A DNA stretch of 63,942 nt, the filler included, from Octopus bimaculoides (taxonomy: Eukaryota): the NCBI RefSeq assembly GCF_001194135.2. It is 8 parts of 8 records of this genome, joined end to end, with 100 filler letters (N's around TTAATTAATTAA, not from the genome) between each part and the next. Parts side by side here need not be neighbours in the genome. Positions count along the whole stretch, not along the records: positions 1 to 16,948 come from NC_068993.1; positions 17,049 to 23,701 come from NC_069000.1; positions 23,802 to 29,230 come from NC_068982.1; 5 more parts are not named here. One strand, given 5' to 3'. Positions within the stretch are counted from its first letter, which is position 1; each line of letters begins with the position of its first letter. The notes under the pieces are model-generated. The model was not told the DNA's origin and searched no databases. It saw only the letters and a program-made list of their open reading frames with translations. The translations under genes were made by a program, and so were the position numbers. Below, one piece after another: positions 13,468 through 25,999 of this stretch.

Positions 13468-14119
13468 TTAGGTTCATCGAATAATATCAAGGCATAAAAC
13501 AGCATATTTATTGAAATATTTCTTTGTACAAACACACAAATCTGTACAGCTTGCTTATACAATTTCGTACATACATGTATACATGTAGGGGGACACGGTG
13601 TGTGTAAACGTAGGAATGTAGGCATTATATATATAGGCATTTATAGGCCAATGATCAGCAGTCTTAAAATGTTGGATTGCGTGCCTAGAGTAGAAAAGAA
13701 TATATAATATTGATACAAAATTTTGACGTAAGGATTACAATTTCGGGGGCGACATACAACAAATACACACACACACACACATAGATAAGTACTTTATTTT
13801 TAAAGCTATAAAAACATCGCAGAAATAATCAGTATATATGTACTGTATATATGCATATGAAATAAAGCATATTACTCTACCTCTGGTGTTCGAGCACTAT
13901 TTTTTCCACCNNNNNNNNNNNNNNNNNNNNNNNNNNNNNNNNNNNNNNNNNNNNNNNNNNNNNNNNNNNNNNNNNNNNNNNNNNNNNNNNNNNNNNNNNN
14001 NNNNNNNNNNNNNNNNNNNNNNNNNNNNNNNNNNNNNNNNNNNNNNNNNNNNNNNNNNNNNNNNNNNNNNNNNNNNNNNNNNNNNNNNNNNNNNNNNNNN
14101 NNNNNNNTATATATACATA

Positions 14120-14287
14120 CATACGCCGGGCGCCTTTCATTTTCCGTCTAGAAAATCCGCTCACAAGGCTTTGATCGGCTTGGGGCTATAGTAGAAGACA
14201 ACTGCCCGAGGAGCCACACAATTGGACTGGACCCGAAACCTTGTGGTTGGTAAGCAAGCTTGTTACCACACAGTCACGCCTGCGCCT
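14120..14287 (-). mobile_element. 5' half (tRNA head plus CORE) of the CORE-type SINE
   Basis: TTTCCGTCTAGAAAATCCGCTCACAAGGCTTTG...GGGCTATAGTAGAAGACA...GGTAAGCAAGCTTGTTACCACACAGTCACGCCTGCGCC. Confidence 0.85.
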
Positions 14288-15287
14288 ATATATAAGTATA
14301 TATACATATGTATGTGCAGATGTACATATAAATTTTTTTGCATAAATAGTGGTGAATAAACACAACCACTTGCGTGTAAACATGGTATTCCTCATATAAG
14401 ACGGCTTGACCACGCAAGCATTCTTCTTATATGAATTTACCTGAATTTCTCATCTTGCACACGGGCATACTTTCATGTGCGTGTGTAGAATGCATATATA
14501 TAGTGAGTATTTAAATATATGTAAGCATGCATATCAGCATTCTTATTCATGAATAAAATATGTAAGTTATAAATCAACGTCTTCTTTTTTTATTTCGAAC
14601 ATTTTTGTCGGGCGGAGCGAGATTTTGTAAATTTGTTCATTGTAATTTCAGGCAGAATTTAACACTTTATGATATGTTTATTAGAATTCTATTATTCTAT
14701 TAAACATGCAACAGGCGTGTTAATATCGTTTGATACATATCTGCATATAAATTTCGCACATTTATGCATAGATACATAGTTCACCAAATAAGCTACATAT
14801 ATGTCCATAAAAATACATACATACAAACACATGCACGAATACGAGTGTGTGGGCGTGTCCGTAATTGTCTTTTTGCATATCTATATATGTAGTTCTCCAT
14901 GTGAGTGACAGTTTTAATGAGTGCTAACGTATGTAATATTACGTTTTACTTTCTTTTTCTCTTGGTATCGAATCAGTAAGATTCGTTCGTTTCCTAAAAC
15001 ATTTACATATATCATCATTTCATTTGTATATGAGCTGTAATTTGGTTAAGTGCTGCCTTAAGTACTTAAATGATATCGCGTACTGCATTACGGTTTATGG
15101 TAAAGGTTTCATGCGCGAGTTCTCGTGCACTAAGAATGTATCAATATGAAGACAGTAGCAGGCAGGTGCAATGCAAACGAATGCTTGCACAGCAAACAGA
15201 ATACTACCTGTTGCATTTAGTTAGAGAAACTATTTCAAATACTACTGCAGCGAAGTATATATACAAACATACATAGATACATACATG

Positions 15288-15383
<96 letters not shown>

Positions 15384-16376
15384 ATATGTATATGCATATG
15401 TATATATGTATGTGNNNNNNNNNNNNNNNNNNNNNNNNNNNNNNNNNNNNNNNNNNNNNNNNNNNNNNNNNNNNNNNNNNNNNNNNNNNNNNNNNNNNNN
15501 NNNNNNNNNNNNNNNNNNNNNNNNNNNNNNNNNNNNNNNNNNNNNNNNNNNNNNNNNNNNNNNNNNNNNNNNNNNNNNNNNNNNNNNNNNNNNNNNNNNN
15601 NNNNNNNNNNNNNNNNNNNNNNNNNNNNNNNNNNNNNNNNNNNNNNNNNNNNNNNNNNNNNNNNNNNNNNNNNNNNNNNNNNNNNNNNNNNNNNNNNNNN
15701 NNNNNNNNNNNNNNNNNNNNNNNNNNNNNNNNNNNNNNNNNNNNNNNNNNNNNNNNNNNNNNNNNNNNNNNNNNNNNNNNNNNNNNNNNNNNNNNNNNNN
15801 NNNNNNNNNNNNNNNNNNNNNNNNNNNNNNNNNNNNNNNNNNNNNNNNNNNNNNNNNNNNNNNNNNNNNNNNNNNNNNNNNNNNNNNNNNNNNNNNNNNN
15901 NNNNNNNNNNNNNNNNNNNNNNNNNNNNNNNNNNNNNNNNNNNNNNNNNNNNNNNNNNNNNNNNNNNNNNNNNNNNNNNNNNNNNNNNNNNNNNNNNNNN
16001 NNNNNNNNNNNNNNNNNNNNNNNNNNNNNNNNNNNNNNNNNNNNNNNNNNNNNNNNNNNNNNNNNNNNNNNNNNNNNNNNNNNNNNNNNNNNNNNNNNNN
16101 NNNNNNNNNNNNNNNNNNNNNNNNNNNNNNNNNNNNNNNNNNNNNNNNNNNNNNNNNNNNNNNNNNNNNNNNNNNNNNNNNNNNNNNNNNNNNNNNNNNN
16201 NNNNNNNNNNNNNNNNNNNNNNNNNNNNNNNNNNNNNNNNNNNNNNNNNNNNNNNNNNNNNNNNNNNNNNNNNNNNNNNNNNNNNNNNNNNNNNNNNNNN
16301 NNNNNNNNNNNNNNNNNNNNNNNNNNNNNNNNNNNNNNNNNNNNNNNNNNNNNNNNNNNNNNNNNNNNNNNNNNNN

Positions 16377-16429
<53 letters not shown>

Positions 16430-16948
16430 GAGAGACAGACAGACAGACATAAAGACAGACAGACAGAGAGAGATAGAGACAGAGACAAAATTGACTATCC
16501 CCAAGTACAACTATATATATATATATATCGAAGATCTGAAATGAAGAGGTCTTCTCAAAATGATTACTTAAATTTGCCTATTGCTTCCAGATTTTCGTAC
16601 AACGCCAGCAATTTCGCCGTAGGCTATATGTTGATTATACTGTACAGCTAGTGCTTCTTTTATCGATCCCAGAAGGACGAAAGGCAATGTGGTATTTATA
16701 TATATATGTTTGTACATAAATTTAATTCAAGTCATATGGACTCAAGTAATACGGTGGTACTCATAAAAATAGCTCCTTAATGTATCATTCTTCAAAACAT
16801 AATATATATAGTACGACAGAAGAGTAAACGATAGAAAGTGTATAAAGTCATGGCTGACAGAAACAGTCTGATGAAATTTCATCAAACCATCTCTCTCACA
16901 TTTATGACTTTATATACGTATGTGTATATATACATATATATATATATA

Positions 16949-17048
16949 NNNNNNNNNNNNNNNNNNNNNNNNNNNNNNNNNNNNNNNNNNNNTTAATTAA
17001 TTAANNNNNNNNNNNNNNNNNNNNNNNNNNNNNNNNNNNNNNNNNNNN
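16949..17048. other. Artificial scaffold linker 44N-TTAATTAATTAA-44N (one of seven)
   Basis: Identical 100-bp design with the 12-mer at 16993, 23746, 29275, 36916, 50552, 56771 and 62425. The 12-mer gives a stop codon in all six frames. Confidence 0.97.
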
Positions 17049-17689
17049 ATAAACCATTTTTAGCACAATTTACATTAGAACTAGAAAACAAAATAAAAAA
17101 TACATTGTTACTCTTTGCTATGTTTGTGGCAAAATAAATTTAGGGAAAAAATCTAAAGCCTACTATAATTTATAGAGTAGCAGAGGGAAATAGTGGAAGT
17201 CAAGAAAAAAAAATGGTGAATAGTTAATTTATATTTATATTTATCTTTGTTTTATTTATATGTTATGCATATAGTCTACGACCCTTTAGAGTTAAATCCG
17301 TTTATGTAAAATGTAAGTAATTACTCATTTATACAGTTTGATATCAACAGTTGTTATTCTATCATCTTCGCTATTCTCCTAAGTCCCTGATTTTTGCTAA
17401 ACCTCTCTCTTATAACTAGAGACAAAACAGATATTCTTCAATTTAGGAAAACTATCGTAGAATTTGAGGGTAGTTTATGGATGAAGTGTGACACCCCTAA
17501 CAATTTTGACTTTGCTATGGGTCCGAGTGACTCAGCCCAGATTACTTCCACTATTTCCCTCTGCTACTCTATAAATTATAGTAGGCTTTAGATTTTTTTC
17601 CCTAAATTTATTTTGCCACAAACATAGCAAAGAGTAACAACGTATTTTTTTTTCTAGTTCTAATGTAAATTGTGCTAAAAATGGTTTAT
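17049..17689. mobile_element. Foldback/MITE-like structure: ~150-bp inverted arms (17049-17200, 17544-17689) around a ~340-bp spacer
   Basis: The arms are reverse complements apart from a short indel in an A-run and about one substitution. The left arm is cut by the linker gap. Confidence 0.75.
17325..17546 (+). pseudogene. Penelope-like element reverse transcriptase fragment
   Basis: Frame from 17325 reads SFIQFDINSCYSII...*FLLNLSLITRDKTDILQFRKTIVEFEGSLWMKCDTPNNFDFAMGPSDSAQIT. This matches the PLE RT pattern FIQFDIxxFYPSI...RKSLLF...WxK...FDVTMGSxDGAE (pattern from memory). Confidence 0.7.
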
Positions 17690-17920
17690 CCTTTATATTG
17701 GAAATTTACATGTTCGTCTGCTCTGAGGAGAGCAGTGTACTTCAAATTGATGTAATGTTTTCATTGTTCGATTAAATGGAGCCACTTGAAACGGCCATAA
17801 TGCATTGATACTTGGACATCCTTTGTTACTTATTTACTTTTTATTCACCTAACTTCGTGCTGCGCGGACTATACTGAACTGGCTTGGTGCCTAAATTTAA
17901 GTACCTAACTTATCTGAATC

Positions 17921-17922
<2 letters not shown>

Positions 17923-17994
<72 letters not shown>

Positions 17995-18005
17995 CATCAT
18001 TATTA
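17923..18005. repeat. (TTA)n microsatellite
   Basis: Direct inspection. Confidence 0.97.
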
Positions 18006-18813
18006 TATAGTACTAAGCGGAACAGCACTATACAGGATCATTATGGCATATCATAAATAAAGATACAAATTTGATAGGTTATTTTTATCACTGATATGAA
18101 CCCAAATATAGGTGATAGATATCACCAATGACTGAAAAGTCTAAAAGACGAGCTGTCACCTTCCAAGCACTTTATAACTTTAGATAACTTCACACAGTGC
18201 GGTGTTACACATTATGACCTAAAGTTATGATAAAATTAGAAAACAAGTTTTATTAAGATCTAATGTTCTTACAAAATGCTGAAGCAGGATAAATTAATCA
18301 ACTTCAATTACGAAGCTATAAATTCATTTGAAAAACATCGGCGATAAATAGCACAGAAGGTGGTGAGGACAGTGACCCTTATCGCACATTGGGACTTTTC
18401 CATGAATACATCTAAAGCCATCTTCGTTTTCTTGAATCTTTTTTCATGAAACAATTAATGGTAGCAAGAATCTTATCAACTTCCTCTGCCTTAATGCTGC
18501 ACTCCTAGTCAGGGTCATTAACATTAAACTGGTCCGTATACACTGTGATCTTGATGATGCTACTTAGAAACTCGCCAAGTGGCAACGTTAAATCCCTTTT
18601 CAATCTTACCGTTTTCAATCTTACCCGTTGCAATTGGTAACCACACTAATAAAAACTTAACCGTTACAATTGGTGACCCTCGACTTCAACTAAAAATTTT
18701 ATCGTTATAAGTCTTGCCCTTTTACGTTTTGCGTCCATCAATTTCCAGTTGCTTCCAAACTCGCAGTTTTATATCTCTTGTGATGCTTTTCCTTGTTACC
18801 ATATTTGATATAA

Positions 18814-19200
18814 GGAAATATCGTATATAGAGTAATTGTAATAACGAACACGGCACCAACTACTATATCTACATATATAGGATCTACAGGAAACCAGTTC
18901 AAGACACGATACAACAAACACACGCACACTTTTTGAAACCCAAACAGGAAAAATGATACGTTACTATGCAAACATATATGGACATTAAACTCAAAATATA
19001 TTCCATTTAGCATCAATTGGAAAATACTCTCACACGCACAACAATACCATGGTAACAACAAACTCTGCCAACTTTGTGCTAATGAATCCTACCACATTCT
19101 CACATTCAAGAGTCAAATTGTGAACCGAAATTCTGAGCAAGTCTCTTCCTACATGTACAAAATCTTAAAAACACTTAAACATTTTAAACCGATATTTTTT
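18814..19200 (+). pseudogene. Penelope-like element GIY-YIG endonuclease / ORF C-terminus
   Basis: Frame 1 reads GNIVYRVIV...TYIGSTGNQFKTRYNKHTHTF*NPNRKNDTLLCKHIWTLNSKYIPFSINWKILSHAQQYHGNNKLCQLCANESYHILTFKSQIVNRNSEQVS. YIG is at 18874-18882 and there is one stop at 18934. The IVY-YIG motif, FKxRY and the CxLC tail are typical of PLEs. Confidence 0.85.
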
Positions 19201-19799
19201 TTCTAACGACTAAACATGTAGATATCTCACCACCTTCTCTCCTTCTACCTACATCATAACCTTTTCCCGTAATATACATAAAAGACATTTTTACAGCTTC
19301 ACACTAAACAAGTACTGTAGAAATTATCTAAATATTTCCCTATCTCCAACCAAAATTCTTTCAAAAGATTTTCTAATATATGTGCATAAACCTACATACA
19401 CTCACATAAATATATATTCGTATAGAAGTAAGTTGGAAGACCCTTTTCTTTCTTAATTTTCCTTTTTTATTATTTTTTTTTAATGTCATTTTTAATTTTT
19501 AAGTCAATTTTCTAAATTAAACTTTATTTTATTCCCATTTTTATACATGAGTATATATGTACTTTTTATAACGCTTTATTTTCGCATATATTCATAAAAC
19601 ACCCACGTTTGAAACAGAATGGAAGAAATATCTATAAACACATTCTAAAAACTCTGCCTCCATAAAACACAAATGTTAAAATCTCTACATATTAATCCAA
19701 TTGATCATAGACCAATGAATCTCTACAGAGAAACATACTGACAAACAACCATTACACTTACCCACATCCTCTTGTGTACATCAAAGCACAAGATGAACA

Positions 19800-20420
19800 C
19801 ATTTTTATGCTAACAACACCATGACATGCCCTACTAATAACTCCCACTGTCCAGATACAAACAGGAAATACCCTAAATAACAACAATAACAATCAAATAA
19901 ATTGGCTAATTAAATCATACGACCTATTTACATTCTATGAACCCTTAAAATAATTCCATCAGAAAAAGTTGACGCACTCAACAACTAAGTTTTTGGACTA
20001 AGCTTTGGACTTTTGGCGTTTACATTATCAAAACAAAGATTAAATTCAATAGAACTAAAAATACCTAAAACTACTGGTACATCCGCTGATGAAAAAAGAG
20101 CGTCCTACACCTACGTACACCCTATTCTGTGAACCACTAAAAAATAATCTCATGACCTGAAGCGAGACACACCTTAATATACACACTTGCTTGCAAAGTT
20201 CCACATGCGTAAATAAATCCAAAACAATAACATAAGCCCGGATTTAATCACTAAAAGTTCCTTCAAAACACCTTTCGTGTTTTGGAGAGCCAATCCACCC
20301 TACAACCTAATTATCACTCCACTCAAACTCACATTCAAGATTTTAGCTCAACAGAGACTATATAAAGCCAAGATTAATAACTTCATTGCATCAGAAGACA
20401 CAAAGGGTGCCCCTGGTTGT
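19800..20420 (+). mobile_element. Possible heavily decayed I-clade (Nimb/Ingi-like) LINE, region between RT and RNase H
   Basis: A/C-rich strand with fragmentary IIRP...EKVDALNN*V.GLS.G and FKTPFVFWRANPP, weakly resembling LIRPxLDY...KLDxIHNQGLRLxLG and the PPW linker. Many stops and frameshifts. Confidence 0.35.
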
Positions 20421-20856
20421 CAAATGATAACAGAAAAAGAACAAGCAGATGAAATTCTCGTTGGTGAAAGTAGAGATAGTCAAGTTGCTGAAGACAACGA
20501 ACCATTGTGCATGAAACCCTAATTCTCTGTTATACTAGAATCTCATCACAATGGCACTTCGTAAATTGACCAATCAACAGACTCTGATGTTCATCAATAT
20601 TGTCAACATCTTCGAGTTTTAAGAAAAGTCATTATTCGGAAGTAGCATCAACATATTCACAACTGGAACTCGACTCACTTTTATATCAATTCGTGTCCTT
20701 TTTTGTGATGGCACGGTAGAGTGTAATTTTAGGACAACTAGGCCACTATTTTCCACAAGGTACTAACCACATGAGGGCTTCCTTATTAGTATGTGTTAGA
20801 AAGGGGTCGGAACACAAAAATACTATGAAAAATATATCTTATAGTATCACTAGTTC

Positions 20857-22610
20857 ATTATTATTATTATTCCTTTGTAATACAATGTAGGTAAAAATGA
20901 ACCGGAGTCTTTAGTCACAACGAGGACCTCAGACAGATAATGCTTTCCTTAAGATGTGCGCTGTGCCCAATAAGGCTGCTTTTTGCGCTTGTATTCTTCT
21001 TGTGCATGACTCTCACATCTAATTACCAAGTGAGTCACATTTTCTACACTCTTTCCACAGAGTCTGCATTTCTGGGTGTCAGAAGTTTTATAGACGTTAT
21101 ACTTCACTGAATTGGTAGCGAAAGCCTGGTCTTGTGCAGCAATGATCAGGCTTTCGGTGTTACGCTTCAAATCATTTTGCTTAAGCCATACCCGCGATGC
21201 TGTATTATTCTTAACGTCCTGTGTATTCCTTTCAAACTGTCCATGCATTCTCATTTCAAGAAGGTCATCTTTTCTCTTCTCCTCAGCTCTTTGGTTAAAC
21301 TCTTCCTTGTCCATCATTTCATCTGCATTTACACCCATATCTTTCGTGGCATATTTCAACAGGTCTTCACCACTATTCATCAAATACTCAGCAAGCGTTC
21401 TCCTTTCATTCCTTATACAATGGTCTATACTAATTAGTCCTCTGCCACCATTCTTTCTTTTCATATACTGTCTGTTTACGTTTACTTTAGGATGTTGCGC
21501 TCCATGCAGCGTCATCAACTTTTTCGTTCTTCTATCCAGTGTTGATATTTCCTCCTTAGTCCATTCGAGGGTGGACGCACTATATCTGACCACCGCAAAT
21601 GTCTAGATATTCATTGCGGTAATCAAATTTTTGGCATTCAGGTTGGATTTCAACATCATCTTCACCTTTTTTTGATACGCCTCGCCGACCTTGACTCTCA
21701 TTTCTCTGTGTAGAATGTCATCCAGCTCCAAAATCAGGAGCAACATTTTCCCCATTGTCCTTCTAACATTCGGAAGAATTGCTTCGGGTTATTTTTGAAC
21801 AATCTGTTCTCCTCGAACTGCTTATTTCTGTTGATAAATCTTCTGATCTTCTGGCTTTTTGCCATGATCCTCTGTTTTAACTGCTCTATTACTGTATCAA
21901 ACCCGTTCTTCCGTATTTTATACTTCTTCTCTAATTTTTCTCGGTCGGTCTTTTTCCCATTTTTCCAGGTTCCTCTAAACCATTGCTCAATTTTCATAGA
22001 TTTTGCCTTGCCCGCATTATGTCCCTTTCAATGTGTCGCTTCCACCATGGTTCTTTTGCTCCACCATTTTTTGTTCTCTTAAGTTGTAATTTCTCCTCAA
22101 CAAGTAGTGCAATAGCTCGGAGAAGATCCCCTGTTTGTGTTATATCCTCGTCTGGATGTGTGGTATGACAGTATTTATGTTTTGCGTTACTTTATTTATC
22201 ATTCTCCTATCTACCCTTCTCATATTCATTGGGATTTTTTTTTTTAGAGCATTCATCAAGTCGGTGAGTCGTCTTTGAATTTCAAGTAATTCATTATCTA
22301 TTTGGTTCATTTCCCCTGCATGTCCACCCACTACAGTATCAGGGTTCACTGTATAATGTTCCTGTTCCTCGTCCTTAACAGCACCATCACCAGAGGTTCC
22401 TCCTGTCTACTCTTCTCTCTGCTTTCAACTCCTGCCTCTCTGTTTTCAACTCCGAGCATCCTTTGTGACCCATCCGCAAGGTCTCTCACACCCTCACTAA
22501 TCCGAGATATTTCTACTCCAGTTAAGTAACCCTTCCTCCTAATCACTCTCACTTGGTTCATTAGTTTATTTTCTGACATTGGACTCATGTCCTTTTCCAT
22601 CCATACGACA
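20857..22610 (-). mobile_element. R4/Dong-clade non-LTR retrotransposon, internally deleted
   Basis: N-terminal SENKLMNQVRVIRRKGYLT and NKQFEENRLFKNNPKQFF; post-RT ILELDDILH...KSNLNAKNLITAMN..VVRYSA, KRKNGGRGL, MHGQF, TESLIIAAQDQA; zinc knuckle CRLCGKSVENVTHLVIRC; C-terminus QKAALLGTAHILRKALSV*; 3' UTR and (AAT)5 tail at 20857-20871. Confidence 0.9.
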
Positions 22611-22626
22611 GTGTATATATAAAAAG

Positions 22627-22903
22627 AGAATGAGATAAAGAGACCAATGGCATAAGTAAATTTATATTTTATGTAGAATGTCTTACAGCTTTCGTTTTCC
22701 TTTTTCTCTCCTTTCTGCTTTCCGTCTTCAATTACTTTCTTATTTCCTTTTGGCATCTCCCATTTTTCTCTTCCTCCTTTTTTCCTACTTCTGCGTTCTC
22801 TTTCTCTCTTCTTCCTTCTTTCGTTTACTTTTTCGTTTTTCGTTTTCTTCATAAAATATAAAATATAAATTTACTTATGCCATTGGTCTCTTTATCTCAT
22901 TCT
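22627..22903. repeat. 46-bp perfect inverted repeat with a pyrimidine-rich 185-bp spacer
   Basis: 22627-22672 AGAATGAGATAAAGAGACCAATGGCATAAGTAAATTTATATTTTAT is the exact reverse complement of 22858-22903. Confidence 0.9.
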
Positions 22904-22905
22904 TT

Positions 22906-22942
<37 letters not shown>

Positions 22943-23267
22943 NNNNNNNNNNNNNNNNATGTGTGTTTGTGTGTGTGTGTGGTGTGTGTGTGTGTGTGTG
23001 TGTGTATGAGTGTGTGTGTGTGTGTGTAGTAAAAATCACCATGGATATGTCATTCGACTATGCTCACTAAAAAGACTCAAGGTAGAAATGTTTAAATTAT
23101 CCTCAATAATGTATGATGCAGTGTACAATGTATATATTCAATGTTGAAATGTATATCTTATATATGAACTGCTAACAGGCATATATTAAATAAAATTTGC
23201 ATATTATGATGTTTCTTGTAACAGCTTTATATATAATTCATATCATAAAGATATTTATAGAAAGGTT

Positions 23268-23560
23268 AAAGACCCCCTTTGGTCAAGAATGACCATGAGA
23301 TTGCACCTAAAAAGTTCCCTTCCGAGGCACAAGTCCGGGCAAGGCTGTTTACGGAAGACCAGCAGTTACCGATGCATACCAGCCTCCCCTTTCCACGCCA
23401 CCGATGTTATCCAAGAGAAAGCATCAGTGACGTCGCAACTCGTTTCCACAGCTGAGTGAACTGGAGCAACGTGAGATGAAATGTCTTGCTCAAAAACACA
23501 ACATATACCCGGTCCGGCAATCGAGCTCACAACCTTATGATTGTGAGCCCGATACTCTAT
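23268..23560 (-). mobile_element. tRNA-headed SINE related in its 5' part to the 60.7-kb V-type SINE
   Basis: CAGCTGAGTGAACTGGAGCAACGTGAGATGAAATGTCTTGCTCAAAAACACAAC...CCCGGTCCGGCAATCGA is the reverse complement of the head and body at 60735-60830. The 3' tail differs. Confidence 0.75.
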
Positions 23561-23801
23561 TTATATTATATTGATAAATCACAAAACATACTACTTGTGG
23601 TAAACGAACTTTGATCAGAATGTAGCCTGCAAGTATATAATGTACTGTAACAAGTCTATATCAAATACATGGAAATAACGTCAGCTTTTCTCTTTTAAAA
23701 TNNNNNNNNNNNNNNNNNNNNNNNNNNNNNNNNNNNNNNNNNNNNTTAATTAATTAANNNNNNNNNNNNNNNNNNNNNNNNNNNNNNNNNNNNNNNNNNN
23801 N

Positions 23802-23852
<51 letters not shown>

Positions 23853-24398
23853 AAGAAAGAGAATGGGGAGAAAGAAAGGGAGATAGTTATAAACAAGCAA
23901 AGACCCAAACAAAACAAACATGAAAAGAAAAAGAAAAAGAAAAATTAAAAGAAAAGTGAGATAAGGCGATGAAGAAAAGAAAATTTGGTGGCGAATGGAG
24001 TGGGAACAGCTTAAGACACGAAAAGGATGGGAACTAATGAAAAAAACAGTGGAAGGGGTGTGGTGTTATTAAAATAACATCGCTCTAAATTTGTGAGGAT
24101 TTTTTTTTTTAAAGACCATATTTTTGAGTTCTCCATGTCCCATGTGAAATACAGCAATATATGCCCCATTAAACGGAACTAAACTTTACCACACACACGT
24201 ACACACACACACACACAGACTCTCACACACACATACACACACATACACGCACACGCACTCACAAGCATACGCAAACATACTAATGCACATAATAAATACT
24301 CATACGCATAAACATTTATACATATATACATTTATACATATATGCATTTATACATACACACATACATACATATATCTATATATGTATCTCTCTCTCTC

Positions 24399-24452
<54 letters not shown>

Positions 24453-25376
24453 NNNNNNNNNNNNNNNNNNNNNNNNNNNNNNNNNNNNNNNNNNNNNNNN
24501 NNNNNNNNNNNNNNNNNNNNNNNNNNNNNNNNNNNNNNNNNNNNNNNNNNNNNNNNNNNNNNNNNNNNNNNNNNNNNNNNNNNNNNNNNNNNNNNNNNNN
24601 NNNNNNNNNNNNNNNNNNNNNNNNNNNNNNNNNNNNNNNNNNNNNNNNNNNNNNNNNNNNNNNNNNNNNNNNNNNNNNNNNNNNNNNNNNNNNNNNNNNN
24701 NNNNNNNNNNNNNNNNNNNNNNNNNNNNNNNNNNNNNNNNNNNNNNNNNNNNNNNNNNNNNNNNNNNNNNNNNNNNNNNNNNNNNNNNNNNNNNNNNNNN
24801 NNNNNNNNNNNNNNNNNNNNNNNNNNNNNNNNNNNNNNNNNNNNNNNNNNNNNNNNNNNNNNNNNNNNNNNNNNNNNNNNNNNNNNNNNNNNNNNNNNNN
24901 NNNNNNNNNNNNNNNNNNNNNNNNNNNNNNNNNNNNNNNNNNNNNNNNNNNNNNNNNNNNNNNNNNNNNNNNNNNNNNNNNNNNNNNNNNNNNNNNNNNN
25001 NNNNNNNNNNNNNNNNNNNNNNNNNNNNNNNNNNNNNNNNNNNNNNNNNNNNNNNNNNNNNNNNNNNNNNNNNNNNNNNNNNNNNNNNNNNNNNNNNNNN
25101 NNNNNNNNNNNNNNNNNNNNNNNNNNNNNNNNNNNNNNNNNNNNNNNNNNNNNNNNNNNNNNNNNNNNNNNNNNNNNNNNNNNNNNNNNNNNNNNNNNNN
25201 NNNNNNNNNNNNNNNNNNNNNNNNNNNNNNNNNNNNNNNNNNNNNNNNNNNNNNNNNNNNNNNNNNNNNNNNNNNNNNNNNNNNNNNNNNNNNNNNNNNN
25301 NNNNNNNNNNNNNNNNNNNNNNNNNNNNNNNNNNNNNNNNNNNNNNNNNNNNNNNNNNNNNNNNNNNNNNNNNNTA

Positions 25377-25425
<49 letters not shown>

Positions 25426-25811
25426 CACACATACATATTTATTTCATCAAATATGTTACTTAGATTGTTATTTTATTTAAATACTGCCTTAATTGCGTAT
25501 ACTGGATCACCCATGCCGGCTGTTCGTGACACCAGTGTTTTATTCCTTTTTTTTTGTCCCAATATCAAAGACGTTGAATTCTCGTCGGAGTATGTAGATA
25601 GTTGAGAGTACGTGCCATTGAAAAGGCCAATAAATGCCAAAATGCATCAGGCGTTCTGACTAGCTGCTGCTGGAATTAATTTTCCCGTGTCTTTGTATTT
25701 ATAATGTTTTCAACAGAAAAGCCATAAAAGATGTTATCTCAGGACAAATACTAAAGAAACTGGCCTATCGACAGTGTATATACATTTTTATGACACATAG
25801 ACGTCTCTCTC

Positions 25812-25862
<51 letters not shown>

Positions 25863-25999
25863 ATATATATATATAATTNNNNNNNNNNTTGTCAAAAGTA
25901 AAATGTAAAGCTTTGTATAAGCTTTGTTGTGTTAAGTACTGGTTGTCACAAAAGTATTAAAATACATATATACATTCTTTGATAATAATAACTTATATT

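Noticed and set aside
16869-16884. Perfect 16-bp palindrome TGATGAAATTTCATCA preceded by C (CTGATGA, hammerhead-like)
   Set aside because: No downstream GAAA core or stems; a short AT-rich palindrome is plausible by chance in 64 kb.
16993-17004. Recurrent TTAATTAATTAA as a biological motif (PacI-like or homeodomain site)
   Set aside because: It is always centred in exactly 44+44 N, so it is an assembly linker.
22346-22852. 168-aa Lys/Glu/Arg-rich ORF
   Set aside because: A chimera of a CT-rich spacer, an inverted-repeat arm and the LINE N-terminus; not an independent gene.
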